Source: Hyalangium minutum (GTDB lineage Bacteria; Myxococcota; Myxococcia; Myxococcales; Myxococcaceae). Taken from it: DNA of 62,000 nt. A program made the position numbers and the translations under genes. The stretch lies in the NCBI RefSeq assembly GCF_000737315.1, contig NZ_JMCB01000004.1, positions 82,001 to 144,000 of the forward strand, read 5' to 3'. The stretch's first letter is position 1. Each line of letters begins with the position of its first letter. Of the stretch, positions 58,152-62,000 are shown piece by piece. The notes under the pieces were generated by a model that was not told the DNA's origin, searched no databases, and worked only from the letters and a program-made list of their open reading frames with translations.

Positions 58152-58628
58152 TCAGCGCGCGGTGCACCTGTTGCTGCGGCAACTACCGCCCGGACACTCC
58201 GAGTCGGAGTAACACTCGCCGCCTGCGGTGGTGCACTTGCCGCTACGGCAGCTCCCGCCGTTGCACTCCGAGTCGGAGTAGCACTGGCCACCGGCGGTAG
58301 TGCACTTGCCGCTACGGCACCTGCCACCCGGGCACTCGGAATCCGAGTAGCACTCGCCACCCGCAGTGGTGCACTTGCCACTGCGGCAGCTCCCGCCGTT
58401 ACACTCCGAGTCGGAGTAGCACTGGCCACCGGCGGTAGTGCACTTGCTGCTGCGGCACCTGCCACCCGGGCACTCGGAATCCGAGTAGCACTCGCCACCC
58501 GCAGTGGTGCACTTGCCACTGCGGCAGCTCCCGCCGTTGCACTCCGAGTCGGAGTAGCAGTCGGCGAGCGCGGTGGGGGCGAACAGGAGCGCAGTGAGCG
58601 CGAGCGGTACGACCAGCAGTCGGGACAT
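58152..58628 (-). CDS. Secreted Cys-rich tandem-repeat protein (6 x 23 aa)
   Basis: GGAGAGG SD; signal ending PTALA; six CYSDSEC(N/P)GG(S/R)CRS(G/S/N)(K/R)C units. Confidence 0.85.
   Translation of the reverse strand: MSRLLVVPLALTALLFAPTALADCYSDSECNGGSCRSGKCTTAGGECYSDSECPGGRCRSSKCTTAGGQCYSDSECNGGSCRSGKCTTAGGECYSDSECPGGRCRSGKCTTAGGQCYSDSECNGGSCRSGKCTTAGGECYSDSECPGGSCRSNRCTAR
58160..58560. repeat. 69-bp intragenic tandem repeat with 138-bp higher-order period
   Basis: Units alternate NGGS...GGE and PGG(R/S)...GGQ; synonymous positions also alternate (gagtcggag vs gaatccgag). Confidence 0.9.
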
Positions 58629-59030
58629 GGTCACCTCTCCGAGCGCTCCATCCTGCTGGCAAGCGTGGGCTGCGCGCAACGAGTGGGAGGCAACACTCCT
58701 TCGTGTGGTGCTCGTCCGCCCACGCATACAGCGCCTGATGCCCGAGCGGTGCCAGCTGGAGCCACTCCAGCGTTCTTCTTCCGATGGGCGGGGAGGCGTG
58801 GCTTACTACACGGCTGGATGGGAGCAGGCCGGATCGGAGTGTCCTCGCGGTACCGGGCCTGCGAGCAAGGAGGGCTCTGGTGAAGGAGCATCCCGGAGGG
58901 GCTTCCCTGGTGCCACTGGCTCCGATGCTTGGGTGTCTCCTCCTTGTGGCGAGCTGTCAGGGATGCGAGAGGCCCGCGGCGCAGGTGTCGGCCATCGAAG
59001 GGGTGGAGGCCGGTGTCAGACCCTCCGCAG

Positions 59031-60029
59031 CTACTCTTCAGTGCTTGTGAGGTTTGGCGGCATGAATGTCAGCGAGATGGGATTCCCCAGCCCACCGCTG
59101 CCGGGTTGAACAAAGAGATCGATGAACGCGCCTGTCTTCCCGTCGAAGCGAAACACGGAGGCGCCCTGGAAGCTTGGCAGGTAAAGGTTTTCGTCGGGCC
59201 CGAAGACAAGATCATTGACCGTGATCAGCCCATTGCTGCCAGCAGGAATGAAGACATCGATCAAGGCGCCCGTCGTCCTGTTGTAGCGCCGCACGTCGTT
59301 GTCAAACGTGGCGACATACAGCTGGCAGTCGGGTCCGAAGGCAAACTTGGGGTATTTCACGCCGGTGATGAAGACCGCTCCCGGCTGGCCCTCGGCTGGC
59401 AGGGGAGCTCCCGTCCATTTGTCGTAGCGCATGATCTGGTCGGTCAAGACGCTCTCGACGAAGAGGTGCCCCTCTGGGCCAAAGGCCAGGATCTGCGGGA
59501 CCTTCAGTCCTCCCCCGGAGGCGAAGACGCCCAAGAAGGCGCCCGTCTTCCCGTCGTAGCGCAGCACGCTGTTGGTGCCGAAGAAGCTGTCGCTGACGTA
59601 CAGGTTCCTGTCGGGACCGAAGATGAGGTCGCCCGGAGTCCCGAGCCCCCCTCTGCCGGCTGGCACGAACACGCCCATGAACGCGCCCGTCCTCCCGTTG
59701 AAGCGCAGGATGTTCTTGGTAGCGAAGCTCGCGATGTAGAGGTGTCCATCCGGGCCGTAGGCCAGGCCCTGGATATTGGACAGCCCGCCACTGCCGGGAG
59801 GGATGAAGACGCTGACGAACTCTCCCGTTGTCCCGTCATAGCGCAGCACGCTGCTGTTGACGTTGCTGCTGACCAGCAGATCACTCCTGGGAACCAGCCC
59901 TTCTTTTTGAGCGTCCCCTGCCTCCCAGCGCTCGGTGAGCTTCGCCTGCTCCGCCACCTCGGATACTCCGCACCCGGCAGCCAGCCACGTCACCAGCAAA
60001 GCACTCCACAACCCCTTCCCACTCACCAT
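59031..60029 (-). CDS. NHL/Vgb-like beta-propeller lipoprotein
   Basis: Lipobox AAGC; repeats FGPDGxLYV...VLRYDGxTGAF. Confidence 0.85.
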   Translation of the reverse strand: MVSGKGLWSALLVTWLAAGCGVSEVAEQAKLTERWEAGDAQKEGLVPRSDLLVSSNVNSSVLRYDGTTGEFVSVFIPPGSGGLSNIQGLAYGPDGHLYIASFATKNILRFNGRTGAFMGVFVPAGRGGLGTPGDLIFGPDRNLYVSDSFFGTNSVLRYDGKTGAFLGVFASGGGLKVPQILAFGPEGHLFVESVLTDQIMRYDKWTGAPLPAEGQPGAVFITGVKYPKFAFGPDCQLYVATFDNDVRRYNRTTGALIDVFIPAGSNGLITVNDLVFGPDENLYLPSFQGASVFRFDGKTGAFIDLFVQPGSGGLGNPISLTFMPPNLTSTEE

Positions 60030-60252
60030 GTCCCCCTCCTGTAGGTGGATAGAACTCCCACATCCACTCCCGCCAGAGTGTAAAGAGGATCAGGTGAAGA
60101 CCAGTGGCTGGCAGGGTCAGTCCGCGTCCATGGGCGAGCCTTTGATGGGCCTCTGGGCTCGAACTGTCAGGCCCGCATCATCCTGCGCTCGCCCGTGGCG
60201 CTGCTCCTCCCGCGTGGGGAGTGACACCTCCACGTCACTCCCCACGAGTGGC

Positions 60253-60885
60253 TCAGCCCTGGCGGCGCCGGAACAACATCAAGCCTGCCAGCATGCAGCC
60301 CCAGATGGGCGCACTCCCAGCAGCGGCGCATCCACCCCCATCCGCGTTCTCCTCTGGCTCTTCCTCCTGGGGGACGTCCACGGGTGTGCCCTTCCCAATC
60401 TTCACGCTCAGCTTCGCGGTGGAAGACCTGTCCCCATCGCTTTTGAGGTCCGCGTTGGTGGAGTTACCGGCCCCAAAGAGCGTGAGCGTCACATCGGTCG
60501 CGGGCGCGACGAGCGAGAAGTCGAAGCGCAGCACCCCGGCGTTGAAGGGCTGGGGAGCGGAATGCGTCAACTCGGTCCCCAGCTTCTTGAGCCCGGCGCT
60601 GCTGGCCAGGAGAGAGGTCTCCGCGCTGTCCACGGCGATGTTGATCCCACCCGTCTTCGCGGCGCCTCCCCGGATGATGAGGGCGTACTGGCCCGTGGCC
60701 CCTGGCTCCAGGCTCGTGGGGCCCTCGAACTCCACGGTGGGAAGCTCTCCCCCTTTATGACACGTGCTGCACGTCATCCCGTCCTTGCCAGACTGCCCGG
60801 TGATGCCCGTGCTGGTGGCGAGAGCAGGGGAGGACCACAGCGCCAAAGCGGCGAACACGCTCGTGATACGGAACTGAGGATGCAT
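60253..60885 (-). CDS. MYXO-CTERM-anchored protein (MXAN_6652-like) with CxxCH and Reeler-like domain
   Basis: Signal; GITGQSGK..CSTCH; ELTH..P; FGAGNSTN; tail GGGCAAAG...LMLFRRRQG. ATG 60885 after GGAG. Confidence 0.85.
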   Translation of the reverse strand: MHPQFRITSVFAALALWSSPALATSTGITGQSGKDGMTCSTCHKGGELPTVEFEGPTSLEPGATGQYALIIRGGAAKTGGINIAVDSAETSLLASSAGLKKLGTELTHSAPQPFNAGVLRFDFSLVAPATDVTLTLFGAGNSTNADLKSDGDRSSTAKLSVKIGKGTPVDVPQEEEPEENADGGGCAAAGSAPIWGCMLAGLMLFRRRQG

Positions 60886-60929
60886 TGAATCTCCAAGAAG
60901 TGATGAGAGACACGGCGTGACTGCAGCCG

Positions 60930-62000
60930 CTAGCGAAGCTGGAGGAAGGAGAAGGAGAGCCCTGGCGTCGTCACCGTGGCCCTGCCGTTGTCCCCCAGCA
61001 TCCGCAGGGTGGTGGACGCGGCGCCCGCGGCGAACTCGGTGTAGAGGATCTGGTTCTGCGACTCGAAGAGGAAGGTGCTGCCCGACGTCGCCGGGAAGCG
61101 GGTCTTGTGCACCGCCGTCATCGTGTCGAGCTTCAGCTCCCACCACTGCCAGCCCTTCCCGCTCGCGATGGTGCGCGGATGGGTGCCTTCCGTGATCGGG
61201 GCCACCGTCTCATCGAGCACGCGCACGTACGCGGTCCCCCGAGGGCCGGGCACGAGCGTGCCCGCCGTGCCACCGCCCACCAGTTCCGAGAGTGTCCGGT
61301 GGAAGCTCGGATCAAAGGTGCGGGTCTGGGGATCGAACTTGAGCAGGCACGGCGTGGGTGCCTCCGCGCCCACCACCCGGCGCACCGCCGCGCCATAGGC
61401 CTCCGTCGCGATGTACACCTTGCCGTCCAGGCCGACGGCGGCATCCTGCGTGTAGCCACACCGCTCATCCGTGGCGAGGGTGGCCACATCCGTCGCCGTG
61501 TCGACGGAGACCACACCCGCCTTGGGGGTGATGCCCACGCCCGAGACGGGACGCCAGCCCACGGGCATGATGATTTGGCCGGTGAGCTGCACGGCCAGTC
61601 CCGAGAAGGCCACGACCGTGTCCGGGAAGGCCACAGCGTCGAGGGGGATACGGCCGGTGACCGTCATCAGCTCGGGGTTCCAGATGACGATCTGGGCGGT
61701 GGCCCCATCGAAGAAGTAGGCCTTGGTCTCCGAGATGAACTGGAAGTTGGCCTGGTACTCTCCCAGGGACGTCACTCCCACGCTGGCGAAGCTCACGGTG
61801 CCAGCCGGCTCCAGCGCCCCCGTGGCGGAGAGCTTGTAACGGGTCACCGTCGCGCTCTCGTCGCTCACGACATAGAGCGTGCCGGACTTGGGGATGCCCA
61901 ATCCCAGGGCACGACCGGGCACGCGGATGGCGTTGTCCAGGGAGAGCGATGCCGGCTGCTCCGCCTGGTCCGTCACGATGACGTAGCTCTCCGCCGGATC
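60930..62000 (-). CDS. MxcI-like beta-propeller protein (5' end outside window)
   Basis: FISETKAYFFD...IVIWNPELMTVTGRI, DERCG, DGKVYIATE resemble myxobacterial MxcI-like lipoproteins; recalled resemblance, not searched. Confidence 0.6.
   Translation of the reverse strand, partial: DPAESYVIVTDQAEQPASLSLDNAIRVPGRALGLGIPKSGTLYVVSDESATVTRYKLSATGALEPAGTVSFASVGVTSLGEYQANFQFISETKAYFFDGATAQIVIWNPELMTVTGRIPLDAVAFPDTVVAFSGLAVQLTGQIIMPVGWRPVSGVGITPKAGVVSVDTATDVATLATDERCGYTQDAAVGLDGKVYIATEAYGAAVRRVVGAEAPTPCLLKFDPQTRTFDPSFHRTLSELVGGGTAGTLVPGPRGTAYVRVLDETVAPITEGTHPRTIASGKGWQWWELKLDTMTAVHKTRFPATSGSTFLFESQNQILYTEFAAGAASTTLRMLGDNGRATVTTPGLSFSFLQLR

Noticed and set aside
58160-58560. Possible CRISPR array
   Set aside because: Contiguous in-frame 69-bp units with no unique spacers and no cas genes; it is a coding repeat.
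58665-59109. Short plus-strand ORFs in the 400-bp gap between the Cys-repeat and NHL genes
   Set aside because: No SD, no motif, and no GC3 bias; treated as intergenic.

Overview
High-GC myxobacterial chromosomal window (Cystobacterineae-like, inferred from MYXO-CTERM tails, an AgmX/PglI-type domain, expanded Ser/Thr kinases and an MxcI-like gene). It holds about 55 CDSs, one tRNA (anticodon CAT) and no clear mobile element. Main blocks: (i) a 9-gene minus-strand operon (6910-18519) joining an envelope Ig/beta-barrel/FecR/Ser-Thr-kinase module to an acyltransferase, a fatty-acid-desaturase-like gene, an ATP-grasp ligase and a quinone oxidoreductase; (ii) a Pha/Mrp cation/H+ antiporter operon; (iii) a sensor kinase plus sigma54 activator; (iv) a compact Haliangium-type bacterial microcompartment (BMC) locus. 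The strongest signal not explained by the ORF track is one promoter architecture repeated four times in 35.4-42.4 kb: two TGGC-N5-GCCA boxes 21-22 bp apart, with the proximal box starting 57-58 bp before the GG of a GG-N10-GC sigma54 promoter ending TTGCT. It precedes the kinase/activator operon itself, a stand-alone pal-like gene, and two paralogous Lpp-like coiled-coil lipoproteins (one followed by an Ig-repeat lipoprotein), suggesting an autoregulated sigma54 envelope-tethering regulon. Second: the BMC locus has an encapsulation-peptide aldehyde dehydrogenase, no aldehyde-generating signature enzyme, and a small Pro-1 4-oxalocrotonate-tautomerase-like gene embedded in it. All family calls are by-eye motif recognition; no database searches were run.
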